From Deltaproteobacteria bacterium (lineage in GTDB: Bacteria; Myxococcota_A; UBA9160; SMWR01): DNA of 64,000 nt. Of this stretch, positions 40,988-51,236 are shown one piece after another. The notes beneath the pieces are model-generated. The model was not told the origin of the DNA and did no database searches. It was given only the letters and a program-made list of their open reading frames with translations. Position numbers and translations under genes: made by a program. Location: contig JAQBHB010000036.1 in assembly GCA_032128115.1 (NCBI GenBank), positions 5,872 to 69,871 of the forward strand. The letters are read 5' to 3'. Position 1 is the stretch's first letter; each line of letters begins with the position of its first letter.

Positions 40988-43388
40988 ACGCCGTCTGTGT
41001 GCCCCGCACCCGCGGCGCTGCGCCGAAGCGAACCAGCAGGGCCGGTGCCACCAGCACGTCGGCCAGGAACGCCGACACGATTGCGAAGCCCGTGAAGATC
41101 CCCATCTGCACCAGGTTCTGCATGGTGGCGAACGTGTACACGAGGAAGCCCGACGCCAGCACGATGGAAGTGAACAGCATGGCGCGCCCGGTGGTCTCCA
41201 GGCTGCGTTGCACGGCCAGGTGCGGGTCGCCGGTCATGGCGGAATAGCGCTGGAACTGGTGGGCGAAATGGATGGTGTCGTCGACGGCGATGGAGAGCAC
41301 CACGGCGCCGCTCATCATCGTGGAGAAGTCGATGGGGAACCCGAGCCATCCCATCAGACCCAGGGTCAGTGCAATCGGCGCCAGGTTCGGGATCATGCTG
41401 AGCAGGCCGCCTCGCAGGCTGCCCAGCACCAGGATCATGAGCGGTGTCACTACCAGGAGCGCGATGGCGTAGGAACTCGCCATGCTCCGGATCATCCCGG
41501 TGAACGTTCCCGCGTGGAGCGCCAGGGAGCCGGTCACGGTGATCCCCACATCGTCGCCGAGCAGCTGGCGGAACTTCTCCTCGATCTCGGCGATCACAGG
41601 CATGTGGTCGAAAGCGTCGGCATCGGTGACCCGCAGCGAGAAGCTCGCCAGCTGGAAGCGCGAGTCCACCACGTCTTCCAGGTCGTCGCTGCCCGTGTTC
41701 TCGAACAGCAGGAACTCCTGGGCCACCAGGCGGCGATCGTCGGGAATCGCGTAGAACGCCGGGCGGTTCTCGTTCAGGGCCTGGTGGATTTCCTGGAGCA
41801 CGTCGGCGGCCGACACGGTCTTGCCCACCGTGACGTGGTTGCGATCGATGGTTTCGCTCCACACCCGAAGCTCTTCGAGCCGGGCCAGCAGCGTAGGATC
41901 GTGAAGACCGTTATCCACCCGCGTGTCCAGCACGATCTCCAGGGGCGCGCTGCCGCCGAATCGCTCGTCGAGGATCTCGGCGGCGATGCGCACCGGCTCG
42001 TCTTCCGGCATCCAGGTGACCGGGTTGTGGGAGAACCGCAGCTGCCCGATGCCCGTGGCGCTCAGCACCATCAGGAGCGCCAGGCCCGCCAGGACGGCGC
42101 TGGGGCGGCGGGTGGCCAGGTTTCCCAGGGCCGCCAGCACGCCGTCGACCCGCGAGCGCGGCGCATGGATGGGCCGCCTGGAAAGCGGCGCCAGCGCCAG
42201 CCCCGCCGGCAGCAACACCACGGTGAACGCGAACGCGAAGATCACGCCCACGGGCCCGAAGATTCCGAAGTGCGCCACGGGCGCGAGACCTGCGTTGGCA
42301 AACGAGGCCAGGCCGCCGGCGGTGGTGAGGCTCGTCATGGCGATGGGCAGCCCCGAGTGACCCAGGGCGCCAGCGATGGCGTCGACCTTGTCTTCTCCTC
42401 GGGACAGGGCCCGGTAGAAGATCGTCAGCACGTGGATCGAATCGCCCACCCCCACCGCCAGCAGGAACGAAGGCAGCACCTGGATCGGCAGCGTGATGGG
42501 CACACCCGCCGCCGCCATGCTGGCGATGGTGCAGAGCAACGCGAGCAGCACCACGGCCAGGGGCAACAGCACTCCCGACAGCCGCCGGAAGAGTACGTAC
42601 AGAAGCAGCGTCATGATGCACACGGCGAGCGTCACGAACAGCGCGATGTCGCGCTGCATGGCCTTCATGAGCCGGGTCTCGATCATCGGGCCGCCTGTGG
42701 CGTGCAGACGGAAGTCCGGTCCATCGAAGCGTTCCATCACGCCCAGCGTGGCGTCGGCGATGGCGTAGGCCTCCTGCTCCGTGAGGAACGGGTGGCCCAC
42801 CTGCGCGCTCTCGTCGTCGAATCCGGACAGTTCCTCGACTCGCGCGCCGAGAGACGAATACGTGTCCGGTTCGACGAGCACGCTGGTGAGCCGCCCGTCC
42901 TCCGAGATCCAGAGATTCCGATAGAGCGGGTGCGCGAGCACGATCTCGCGGATGCGCGCCAGATCGGCGTCGTTGCGGGGCCAGTCCTCCAGCAGGTCGT
43001 CGACGATGAGCTCGTCTGCGACGCCGCGGGTGTAGCGGACGTTGATCAGGCTCGTGACCTCGTGCACCTGGGGGACGTCGCGCTCGAGCGCCCGGTGGAA
43101 CGCGCGCAGCTTCTCGAGGAACGCCAGGTTGAAGACATCCGGCGGCTCGACGGCGATGAAGATCGAGCCCTCGCGCTGGAACTGTGCGCGGAAGGCGTCG
43201 TAGTGGACGCGCGCCGGGTCGTCCGGGTGCAGAAAGGCCTGGTCGGAGCCGTCGATCGCGAGTTTCGGCAGCTGGCTTGCGAGGGCGACTACCGCCAGTC
43301 CCGTGACCGCCAGCGCTCGCAGGGGGTGCTGGGCCACGGCGCGTCCCCAACGCTCGAAGCCGTTCTCGATCTGCTGGCGGATCTCCAT
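40932..43388 (-). CDS. RND-superfamily permease of the COG1033 / MMPL / HpnN-like type (818 aa), paralog 1
   Basis: Two 6-TM bundles, each preceded by a large periplasmic loop. Paralogous to 48831..51236 along the full length (e.g. VTSLINVRYTRG vs VTSLVNARLTRG, LLFENTGSDDLEDVVDSRFQ vs LLFENSGSDDLEDLVDSRFQ). Confidence 0.85.
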   Translation of the reverse strand: MEIRQQIENGFERWGRAVAQHPLRALAVTGLAVVALASQLPKLAIDGSDQAFLHPDDPARVHYDAFRAQFQREGSIFIAVEPPDVFNLAFLEKLRAFHRALERDVPQVHEVTSLINVRYTRGVADELIVDDLLEDWPRNDADLARIREIVLAHPLYRNLWISEDGRLTSVLVEPDTYSSLGARVEELSGFDDESAQVGHPFLTEQEAYAIADATLGVMERFDGPDFRLHATGGPMIETRLMKAMQRDIALFVTLAVCIMTLLLYVLFRRLSGVLLPLAVVLLALLCTIASMAAAGVPITLPIQVLPSFLLAVGVGDSIHVLTIFYRALSRGEDKVDAIAGALGHSGLPIAMTSLTTAGGLASFANAGLAPVAHFGIFGPVGVIFAFAFTVVLLPAGLALAPLSRRPIHAPRSRVDGVLAALGNLATRRPSAVLAGLALLMVLSATGIGQLRFSHNPVTWMPEDEPVRIAAEILDERFGGSAPLEIVLDTRVDNGLHDPTLLARLEELRVWSETIDRNHVTVGKTVSAADVLQEIHQALNENRPAFYAIPDDRRLVAQEFLLFENTGSDDLEDVVDSRFQLASFSLRVTDADAFDHMPVIAEIEEKFRQLLGDDVGITVTGSLALHAGTFTGMIRSMASSYAIALLVVTPLMILVLGSLRGGLLSMIPNLAPIALTLGLMGWLGFPIDFSTMMSGAVVLSIAVDDTIHFAHQFQRYSAMTGDPHLAVQRSLETTGRAMLFTSIVLASGFLVYTFATMQNLVQMGIFTGFAIVSAFLADVLVAPALLVRFGAAPRVRGTQTAFSPGIRPGSWRSRSATGR

Positions 43389-43476
43389 GGCCGCAGCGTG
43401 GCGTTCGCAACGGAAGATGTCCTGATGAGAACCTGGGGGTTTCCTGGGGGTGTTGCTGTGTTCGAAGCTATTGAAA

Positions 43477-46400
43477 TTACTGGAGTTTTTCTGCCATCCG
43501 GGATGCGAGTTCGGGATATCGGCGGCCCGAGCGGGGCGCGTTCCGGATGCCGCATCGGCGCCAACCGGCGATCGCCTCGTCCATCAGCAGCCGGGCCCGC
43601 CTCGCATCGCCGGTGGCCCCGCGCCGGAGCAACATGTGGGCGTAGCTGGCCCGGGTCGAATGCGGAGCCAGGACCAGTCCCATGCCGGTCTCGCGCGCCA
43701 GGGCGCGCTCGAATTGTACTGCGGCCGCGTCGAAGCGTCCGAGTACCGTGTCGAGTCCCGCCAGCATCGTGCCCACGCTGGCCATGGGCACACGAAGAAG
43801 GTCGTGCACCATCACCAGGTCTGCGTAGGGCGCCAGCAGCTCGCGCAGCTGCTCCGCCCGGGCGCGGTCTTCCAGCACCATGGCCAGCCCGCCGAACGAT
43901 CCGATGGTCGGTAGCCAGTGCTCGTCGCGAGGAATGCTTGCAAATTCGTCCACCGCCAACTCGTCCAGTTCGCGCTGGGCTCGCGGGGTCTCGCCCTGTT
44001 CGGCCCACACCTGCGCCAGCGTCGCCCGGATTGCCGGTGCCCAGCTGTACGGCGATTCGATCATCTCGCCGAAGAAGATCGGGCTCTCTTCCACATCGTC
44101 GCGATCGCCCCGGGCCAGACGCACGAAGTACATCTGCCCGGCGTACACGAAGTTCGCGTAGTCCACGGTGCCGCGCCCGCGCTCGCGAGCCTCGCGGATC
44201 AGCGTCTCCGCCTCGTCGAAGTCTCCCATCGCCGCCGCGCGGCTGCCGCGCCACACACTTGCCTGCCACTCGAAGAGCGGCTGCCGCAGTTCACTGGCGA
44301 TCTGTGTGTAGGTGTCGAGCGCGTCGTAGGCGGCGGAGATCTCGCCCTGCAGCATGTGGGCACCCATCAAGACGTCGTGGCCGGCGGCGGCCAGGCTCTT
44401 GTCGTCGATCTCCTGCGCCAGATCGAACATCTCCGCCGCCAGGGTGCGCCGCTCCCCGATCCGGTCGGGCCCGAGACAGGCCCAGCGCGATGCCAACAGC
44501 ACATCGCGCAGGGCCTCGCGATCGCCGGTGTCGCGAGCCATGGCGCGTGCCTCGCGGCTGAGTTCCGCGCGGGTCGCCATGGAAAGCGAGTGGGGCGGTG
44601 TGCCGATGCGCCGGCCCAGGAGGCGGGCCCGCAGGGCCGGATGGTCGTCGCCGATGGCCAGGAGGGCCTCTTCCACCAGCGCCAGGATGTCGTCGGCCAC
44701 CGGGGCGCCCATCTCGCCGCCCCGGTAACCGAGTGCAGCTCGGGCGAGCAGGTCGGGTCGCGAGAGTGCGCGCGCGATCTCGGCGGCGGCGCGGTAGGCG
44801 TCGCGCGCCACCGGCGGGCCCGCAGCGGTGGCGTGGGCATCGCCGCATTCCAGTAGCAGCTCGCAGCGCCGGGTTTCGTCCCGGGGCACGCACAATTCGA
44901 GCGCGTGCACGGCTCGCCCGTACTGGCGCGCCGCCTCTTCGTACGCCAGCAGACGTTGGGCGCGTTCGGCCGCGCGGGTGCAATAGTGCACCGCCCGCTT
45001 CGGGTCGCCGCCCGCAGAGGCCAGGAAGAAGTGATGTGCCAGCTCCGCCAGGTGGGGCTCCGGATGGGCGCCACAGGCTTCCTCCAGCGCCTCGGCGGTT
45101 CGCAGGTGCAGGCGCACGCGCTCCGCGTTGTCGAGTTCGTCGTACAGGGTCTGTCGGATCAGGGCATGCCCGAAGACGTACACGCCCGGATTCTCGGGAG
45201 ACTCGGCCAGGACATGGGCCGAAACCGCCTCCCCCAGCGCGTCGAGCAGCCGATCGCGTTCCACCCCGGACACCCGGGAGAGCTGCCCGCTGGCGAAGTC
45301 CCGGCCCAGCACCGAAGCCACACGCAGGACGCGATTGCACTCGGACGAAAGCGAATCCAGCCGCCGGCCGATGGCGTCGCGCACGCTCTGGGGAAGAGCC
45401 AGGGGAGAAGAGCCCGCCTCGTCCCAGTTCTCAGCGGGGCCATCCGCCAGCAGCCGCACCACCTCCTGCACGAAGAACGGGTTGCCCTCGGTCATCTCAC
45501 ACACACTCGACAGCATGCGCGCCGATGGGGGCCGTCCGCCCACGCCTTCCACGAGCAGGGCAACGTCCCGGGCCGGGAGCCCGCGGAGTGCGATACGTTC
45601 GCACACGGGCTCGCGAGCCAGGGCCCCGAGCACGGTCGCCAGCGGGTTGCCCCGGTGCACCTCCACGTCGCGGTAGGCTCCGATCAACAGCACGGGCGCG
45701 TGGGCGATCTCACCGGTCGCGAACCGAAGCAGCTGCAGGGATGCATCGTCTGCCCAGTGCAGATCGTCCAGCATCAGGACAAGCGGCTTGCGTCGCGCCA
45801 GTGCCAGCAGGAAGCGCGTCACGCTCTCGAAGAGACGGAAGCGCGCCTGCTCGTTTCCCAGCGGGGGTGCTTCGGGTACGTCGCCCAGGCGTTCCCGGAG
45901 CTCGGGAGCCAGGTTTGCGATCTCGGCGACGCCGGGGCCCAGGTCGTGGGGCAACGTGGCCGCGTCGGCATCCTCGATGCAAGCGCGCAGCAACCGCACC
46001 CAGGGCCAGAAGGCGGGCGCGCCGCCGCCTTCGTGGCACCGGGCCGAATACACCAGGGCGCCGCGCCGGCGGGCCTGGGCGCCAAATTCCTGGGCGGTGC
46101 GCGTCTTGCCGATCCCGGGTTCACCCACCAGCAGCAGCAGGCGCCCGTGCCCCGAGAGGGCCGAGGCCAGGCCCGCCCGCAGGCTCTGGATGGCCGGGTC
46201 GCGCCCGACGAACGGAGTGTCGGCGGCGGGCGCGGGCAGGGGGACCAGGTCGCCGTCTGCCCGGGGGCCGCCGGGAGACCGCGCCACGGCAGCGGCGAAG
46301 CGGTAGCCGCGACCGTGCACCGTGGCGATCACCGCGCCCCGGCGATCGTCGCCCACGGCGCGTCGCACCGCGGCCACGCAGCTGGGGAGCACCGACTCGG

Positions 46401-46581
46401 ACACGGCGGCGCCCTGCCAGACGCCGTCCAGCAGCTCGGTCTTGGATACCACCCGTTCCCGGTGGTGCAGCAGGTGCAGCAGCACGTCGAAGGCTCGGGG
46501 TTCGAGCTTCACGACCTTCCCGCGTCGTCGAAGCTGGAACAGCTCCTCGTCGAGTTCGCAGTCGCGAAAGGCGTAGATCAC
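43477..46581 (-). CDS. large transcriptional regulator: N-terminal OmpR/PhoB-type winged-helix DNA-binding domain + P-loop NTPase + TPR-like repeats (1034 aa)
   Basis: wHTH VKLEPRAFDVLLHLLHHRERVVSKTELLDGVW..VHGRGYRF. Walker A LLLLVGEPGIGKTRTA and Walker B LVLMLDDLHWAD. Long helical-repeat C-terminus. No receiver domain. Confidence 0.85.
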   Translation of the reverse strand: MIYAFRDCELDEELFQLRRRGKVVKLEPRAFDVLLHLLHHRERVVSKTELLDGVWQGAAVSESVLPSCVAAVRRAVGDDRRGAVIATVHGRGYRFAAAVARSPGGPRADGDLVPLPAPAADTPFVGRDPAIQSLRAGLASALSGHGRLLLLVGEPGIGKTRTAQEFGAQARRRGALVYSARCHEGGGAPAFWPWVRLLRACIEDADAATLPHDLGPGVAEIANLAPELRERLGDVPEAPPLGNEQARFRLFESVTRFLLALARRKPLVLMLDDLHWADDASLQLLRFATGEIAHAPVLLIGAYRDVEVHRGNPLATVLGALAREPVCERIALRGLPARDVALLVEGVGGRPPSARMLSSVCEMTEGNPFFVQEVVRLLADGPAENWDEAGSSPLALPQSVRDAIGRRLDSLSSECNRVLRVASVLGRDFASGQLSRVSGVERDRLLDALGEAVSAHVLAESPENPGVYVFGHALIRQTLYDELDNAERVRLHLRTAEALEEACGAHPEPHLAELAHHFFLASAGGDPKRAVHYCTRAAERAQRLLAYEEAARQYGRAVHALELCVPRDETRRCELLLECGDAHATAAGPPVARDAYRAAAEIARALSRPDLLARAALGYRGGEMGAPVADDILALVEEALLAIGDDHPALRARLLGRRIGTPPHSLSMATRAELSREARAMARDTGDREALRDVLLASRWACLGPDRIGERRTLAAEMFDLAQEIDDKSLAAAGHDVLMGAHMLQGEISAAYDALDTYTQIASELRQPLFEWQASVWRGSRAAAMGDFDEAETLIREARERGRGTVDYANFVYAGQMYFVRLARGDRDDVEESPIFFGEMIESPYSWAPAIRATLAQVWAEQGETPRAQRELDELAVDEFASIPRDEHWLPTIGSFGGLAMVLEDRARAEQLRELLAPYADLVMVHDLLRVPMASVGTMLAGLDTVLGRFDAAAVQFERALARETGMGLVLAPHSTRASYAHMLLRRGATGDARRARLLMDEAIAGWRRCGIRNAPRSGRRYPELASRMAEKLQ

Positions 46582-46611
46582 CCGCGCAGGGTATCACGCG
46601 CGAGCCGCGCC

Positions 46612-48015
46612 CTAGAAGCTGTAGCGGATCTCGAAGAAGATGCGGTCGTTGCGGGCGATGTTCTGGAACGTGGCCAGGCTTCCCTTCTGGTAGAAGACGA
46701 TGCCGCCCGCCAGCTCGAGTGCATCGCGAAGATCGTAGCTGGCGTCGAGCCGGACGACGCTGCCGTCATTGGCGGTGGGCCCCAGGATCAGCCCCAACAG
46801 GGTCATCTGCAGACGATCGTTCAGGAAATTTGCGGTGATCCGCGCCGCCGTCTCCATCGAATTCTTCTGCTGCCCGTCGGGGAACGCCTTCAACGCGCTG
46901 TCGAAATCGTTGATGTGTCGGTTTGCGATCTCCAGGGAAAAGTTCCAGTCGTTGATGCCGTAGTACTCGACGCCCGCCATGAAGTCGGTGCGCGACTTTT
47001 CGTCGCTGACGTTGAAATAGTCGTAACCGTCGATCCAGGCCAGCTCGCTCTTGAACAGCCAGCTTCCCAGGGTGTAGTTGCCGCCGCCGCCCACCAGAAG
47101 CAGGCGGTCGTGGTTGAGCTGGGTTCCTGACGGATCCAGGAACGCGATGTCCTCGTAGTACGACGCCAGGTTGAGCGAGACGTCCCAGCCCTGGAAGACG
47201 CCGTTCGCGGCGAGGCCGTACTCCGGGCTGCTGGGTTTTCGCTGGGCGGGACTCGAAGCGGGGGCCGGAAAGAAGTCGTTTCCGAAAACCGGCTGGATGC
47301 TGAAGCGGATTTCCGGGATCACCAGGCCGGTGATGCTCCAGGGGCCGATGTAATAATCGCCCCGGATCATCGCCACCCCGAGCTTCAGATCCTCGATGTC
47401 GGCCAGGCCCGGCTCCCGGTTGTCCAGCGGGTTGATCACGTCGAGTACGCGCAGGGAGTCGGAGCGGCCCCAGTTCACGATCTGGCGCCCGATCTTGATG
47501 TCGAAGTCTTTGTGGAGGCTTCCGGCCAGGTAGGCCTCCTGCAGTTGGACATCCCACTCGTAGTTGTTCAAGACCTGCCGGGTGTAGTTCCGGTCGTTGA
47601 TGATGTACATGAAGTCGTAGAACGCGTAGCCATCGACGCGAATGCGCCAGTCGGCCGGTAGATTGCCGTCCAGTTCGAGGCCGAGCTTCGTGCGCAGCTT
47701 GGAGAGCCCGCCGTAAGGAGCCCCGTTGGGGGCGGGACCGGTGGACCGGTGGCTCAGATAGTTGACGGAAGTGCTGAGCAGGAGATCCCCGCCCATGTCC
47801 CACCAGCTCCAGAACGAGCCGTCCTCGATCTCCTCCAGAAGAGATTCGTTGGGCTCGCCGGACTCCTCGTCCCCGTCTTCGAAGCCGCCGAGCAGATCAT
47901 CCAGGTCGCCTCCGACCTCATCGGCGCGCACCGGGGCCGCCGTGACTGCACACGCGGCCGCCAGGGCCGCTGCGAGCAGTCGGACGGGGGCGCGCATCCT
48001 CGAACCGCGCACCAC
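46612..48015 (-). CDS. outer-membrane beta-barrel protein (DUF1302-like / porin-like), 467 aa
   Basis: Signal peptide ..RLLAAALAAACAVTAAPVRA, an acidic linker, then alternating amphipathic strand pattern. The C-terminal ..FFEIRYSF has a terminal Phe typical of BAM substrates. The family name is tentative, and the start could be Met 47997. Confidence 0.65.
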   Translation of the reverse strand: MVRGSRMRAPVRLLAAALAAACAVTAAPVRADEVGGDLDDLLGGFEDGDEESGEPNESLLEEIEDGSFWSWWDMGGDLLLSTSVNYLSHRSTGPAPNGAPYGGLSKLRTKLGLELDGNLPADWRIRVDGYAFYDFMYIINDRNYTRQVLNNYEWDVQLQEAYLAGSLHKDFDIKIGRQIVNWGRSDSLRVLDVINPLDNREPGLADIEDLKLGVAMIRGDYYIGPWSITGLVIPEIRFSIQPVFGNDFFPAPASSPAQRKPSSPEYGLAANGVFQGWDVSLNLASYYEDIAFLDPSGTQLNHDRLLLVGGGGNYTLGSWLFKSELAWIDGYDYFNVSDEKSRTDFMAGVEYYGINDWNFSLEIANRHINDFDSALKAFPDGQQKNSMETAARITANFLNDRLQMTLLGLILGPTANDGSVVRLDASYDLRDALELAGGIVFYQKGSLATFQNIARNDRIFFEIRYSF

Positions 48016-48030
48016 TGTTCGTCTCCCGGG

Positions 48031-48834
48031 TCAAAGCCCTTTTTCGAGTTGTCGAATCGTGAACTGGCTCTCCGCCAGGTCCTGGTTGAAGCGAACATTA
48101 TCGGCCTTGATCACGGTCTTGTGCAGGGTGGCCTTGCCCTTCTTGGTGGTCATCTCCATCTCGGTGGGGACCCAGATACCGTCGATCTTCTCCAGCTTCT
48201 TCACATCCAGATACTTCTCGCGATTGCCCTTCTTCACCCAGTTCTTGGATCGGACGACCACGTCGTTGTCCTGGCGCACGAAGAAGATCGACTTGGTGTA
48301 GCCGGTTTCGTCGATCTCCTTCTCCGTATTGGGGATCGCTTCCACGATCCAGATCTTGTGGCCATCCAGCTCGGTCTCTTTGATCAGGCGGTAATCGTAG
48401 CGGTCGAGCTCACGGGAGGTCATGTCGGCGTAGGTGAAGTCCGAGCCCATGAAGCTGCCGCTCTTGTCGCTACTGGCGATTCGTTTGGTCTTCTTCAGGG
48501 CGGGCAGATACAGCCACTGGTCGTCGTCCGCGTCCGCGTCGTCGTAATCGAATGTGAGGAATCCGGTGTCCTTCACGTCAGCGGGCGACTGGAAGAACAT
48601 GATCGTCTCGGTGTCTTCTCCCTTGTCGCGGCGATAGGAGCGGATTTCGCGTTCGCGGCGACTGCCGTTCTTGTCGATCAGCGTCATCGCCATGTCCTGG
48701 ATGGCGTTGTCGCCGTCATCGCGGGCGTCCACGCGCTCCATGATCTCACGTCCCGTGGGTTCCGCGGCGGCGGGAGCCGAAAGCAGCAGGGCCAGGGCGC
48801 TCGACAGGATCGCAACGAGGGTGTGCCGTCTCAT
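48031..48834 (-). CDS. LolA-like 'outer membrane lipoprotein-sorting' fold protein (periplasmic, 267 aa)
   Basis: Tail of track ORF 48031..49869 from ATG 48834 (ATGA overlap with the RND stop). Signal peptide MRRHTLVAILSSALALLLSAPAAA. Blocks IMERVDARDDGDN, MFFQSPADVKDTGFL, QWLYLPALKKTKRIASSDKSGSFMGSDFTYADM are typical of the LolA_like family that accompanies COG1033 RND genes. Confidence 0.82.
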   Translation of the reverse strand: MRRHTLVAILSSALALLLSAPAAAEPTGREIMERVDARDDGDNAIQDMAMTLIDKNGSRREREIRSYRRDKGEDTETIMFFQSPADVKDTGFLTFDYDDADADDDQWLYLPALKKTKRIASSDKSGSFMGSDFTYADMTSRELDRYDYRLIKETELDGHKIWIVEAIPNTEKEIDETGYTKSIFFVRQDNDVVVRSKNWVKKGNREKYLDVKKLEKIDGIWVPTEMEMTTKKGKATLHKTVIKADNVRFNQDLAESQFTIRQLEKGL

Positions 48835-51236
48835 CCGGTGGTCTCCGTACTCATGTGGGAAAGGGGTCGCGGGCGCGCAACCAGGGTGATCAGCGCCGGC
48901 GACAGCAGCACGTCGGCGAGGAAGGCGATGACGATGGTGAAGGCCGTCAGCAGGCCGAACTGCAGCAGGATTCTCATGGAGGCGAAGGCGTAGACCAGGA
49001 AGCCCGTGGAGAGCACCAGGCTCGTGAAGAGCAGGGCCTGACCGGTGGACGAGAGGGTTTCTCGCACTGCGCTTCGAATATCTCCGCTGCGCTCGTAGTA
49101 GCGCCTGAAATTGTGCATGAAGTGGATCGTGTCGTCCACGGCGAGGCCGATGGCGATGCTCCCGATCAGGAGCGTGAAGGCGTCCAGGGGCAGTCCGAAC
49201 CAACCCATCAGCCCGATCGTCACCAGGATGGGCGCCAGGTTCGGAACCATGCTCAACAACCCGATCCGCAGGTTTCCGATCAGGAGGATCATGAGCGGCG
49301 TGATGATCAGGAAGGCCAGGACGTAGGTCTTGGCCATGCTGTACATCACGGCCTTGATGGTGCGACCCAGGATGCTCATGATTCCGGTGGCGGTGACCTG
49401 GTAGCTGTCGGGCAGGATCTGGCTGTACCCCGCCTGGAGCAGATCGATGAAGTCGCCGTAGTCGATGGCGTCGACGAAGGGCAATTTGATGGTGAACCGG
49501 GCCACCTGGAAGCGCGAGTCCACCAGGTCTTCCAGATCGTCGGACCCGCTGTTTTCGAAGAGCAGCAGCTCCTGGGCCACCAGCAGGCGATCGTCGGGAA
49601 TGGCGTAGAAGTCGCTCCGGTTCTCGTTCAGGGCCTGGTGGATCTCCTTGACCACGTCGGCCACGGAGACGGTCTTGCCCACGTGCACCTTGTTCAGCCG
49701 CGCGTCTTCGGAGAAGCGACGCATCTCGTCCAGGCGATTCAGGGCCGCGGGCTCGTGCAGTCCGTTCTCGACGCCCGTATCCACCAGGATCTCCAGGAAC
49801 ATGGATCCCGCAAGGCGGTCGTTGATGACGTCGCTGGAGACCCGGAAGTAGTCGTCCCGCGGAAACCACTCGAGCGGTGCGTGGGAGAAACGCAACTGGG
49901 CCGCGCCCACGGCACAGAAGGCCAGGATGCAGGCGCTTACCAGCACCACGGCTCCCGGGTGTTGCGTGGCGAAGTCGCCCGCGCGCACCAGCCAGCGCTG
50001 GGTCACCTGGGGCGCCGGGTCGGCCGTCCGGGCCGCCCCCATGGGCACCACCGAGATCAGGGCGGGCAGCAGCACCACCGTCATCAGGAGCGACATCATC
50101 ACGCCCACCGGGGCGAAGATCCCGAACTCGGCGATGGGACCCAGCTCGGCGCTCGCGAAGGAGATCAGGCCCCCGGCCGTGGTGAGACTCGTCATCACGA
50201 TGGGGAGCCCCGAGTGGCCCAGGGCCCCGGCGATGGCCTCCTTCTTGGCGTGTCCGGCGCGCCGGCGCTGATAGAAGATCACCAGTACGTGCACGGCGTT
50301 TCCGACACCCACGGCCAGCAGGAACGAGGGCAGGATCTGGGTCGGGAGCGCCAGTTCCACACCGGCGGCCGCCATGATCGAGAGGGTCGAGAGCAGAGAC
50401 AAGATCACGATCAAGAGCGGCAGGGCGACGGCCGCTGGGCGGCGGAACAACAGGAAGAGCAGGGCGCCGATGGCGACGATGGCCAGCAACGTGAAACGGG
50501 ACATGTCGCGCCGCATGGAGTTCTGAAGGGCGTCGGTGAGAACCGGGGCCCCGGCCATGTGGATGCGGAAATCCGGCGCGTCGTAGCGCTTCACCACCGC
50601 GTTGATGGCGGTGACGATTTCGTGGTTCTCCGCGCCGGTGATGAACGGGAGGGGTGCGGCGTCTGCATCGTCGTCGAACCCGGCCAGGTCGTCATCCACG
50701 CCGATCGAGGTGTAGGCGTCGGTCTCGATGGTGAAGGTCGTGATGCGGCCATCTTTCGAGAGGAGCAGGTTCGTGTACAGGGGATTCGAGAGGGCGCGCA
50801 GTTTCGCCGTGGCCAGCTGCTCGGGGGTCTCGGGCCACTCCTCGAGGAGATCGCCCACGATCAGCTCGTTCTCCTCGCCGCGGGTGAGCCGCGCGTTGAC
50901 GAGGCTGGTCACCTCCACGAGCTTGGGAACCTGGTTCTCGATGTCGCTGTGCATCGCGCGCAGCTTCTCGAGGAACACCAGGTCGAAGATCTCCGGCGTC
51001 TCTACCGACAGCAGGATGGCGTCGTCGCGACCGAACTGCTGGCGGAAGGCGTCGTAGGTGAGGCGCACCGGGTCGTCTTCCTTCAGGAAGCCCTCCGTCG
51101 AGGTATCGATCGCGATCTTCGGAAGCTGGGTGAGCAAGCCGGCCACGACGATCAGAACGATTCCGATGGTCTGCCAGGCGTGTTCGTACGCGAAACGCCC
51201 CCAGCGCGAGAGTTCGCTCTCGAAACGTTCCCTCAC
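48831..51236 (-). CDS. RND-superfamily permease of the COG1033 / MMPL / HpnN-like type (801 aa), paralog 2
   Basis: Same architecture as 40932..43388. Its start overlaps the TetR stop by 4 nt. Confidence 0.85.
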   Translation of the reverse strand: MRERFESELSRWGRFAYEHAWQTIGIVLIVVAGLLTQLPKIAIDTSTEGFLKEDDPVRLTYDAFRQQFGRDDAILLSVETPEIFDLVFLEKLRAMHSDIENQVPKLVEVTSLVNARLTRGEENELIVGDLLEEWPETPEQLATAKLRALSNPLYTNLLLSKDGRITTFTIETDAYTSIGVDDDLAGFDDDADAAPLPFITGAENHEIVTAINAVVKRYDAPDFRIHMAGAPVLTDALQNSMRRDMSRFTLLAIVAIGALLFLLFRRPAAVALPLLIVILSLLSTLSIMAAAGVELALPTQILPSFLLAVGVGNAVHVLVIFYQRRRAGHAKKEAIAGALGHSGLPIVMTSLTTAGGLISFASAELGPIAEFGIFAPVGVMMSLLMTVVLLPALISVVPMGAARTADPAPQVTQRWLVRAGDFATQHPGAVVLVSACILAFCAVGAAQLRFSHAPLEWFPRDDYFRVSSDVINDRLAGSMFLEILVDTGVENGLHEPAALNRLDEMRRFSEDARLNKVHVGKTVSVADVVKEIHQALNENRSDFYAIPDDRLLVAQELLLFENSGSDDLEDLVDSRFQVARFTIKLPFVDAIDYGDFIDLLQAGYSQILPDSYQVTATGIMSILGRTIKAVMYSMAKTYVLAFLIITPLMILLIGNLRIGLLSMVPNLAPILVTIGLMGWFGLPLDAFTLLIGSIAIGLAVDDTIHFMHNFRRYYERSGDIRSAVRETLSSTGQALLFTSLVLSTGFLVYAFASMRILLQFGLLTAFTIVIAFLADVLLSPALITLVARPRPLSHMSTETTG

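Noticed and set aside
41208-47130. Very long plus-strand ORFs (41208..44561, 44598..46838, 44905..47130) opposite RND permease 1, the large regulator and the barrel
   Set aside because: They are Arg/Gly/Pro/His-rich with no recognisable motifs. The minus strand carries full-length proteins with clear RND, wHTH/P-loop and beta-barrel features.
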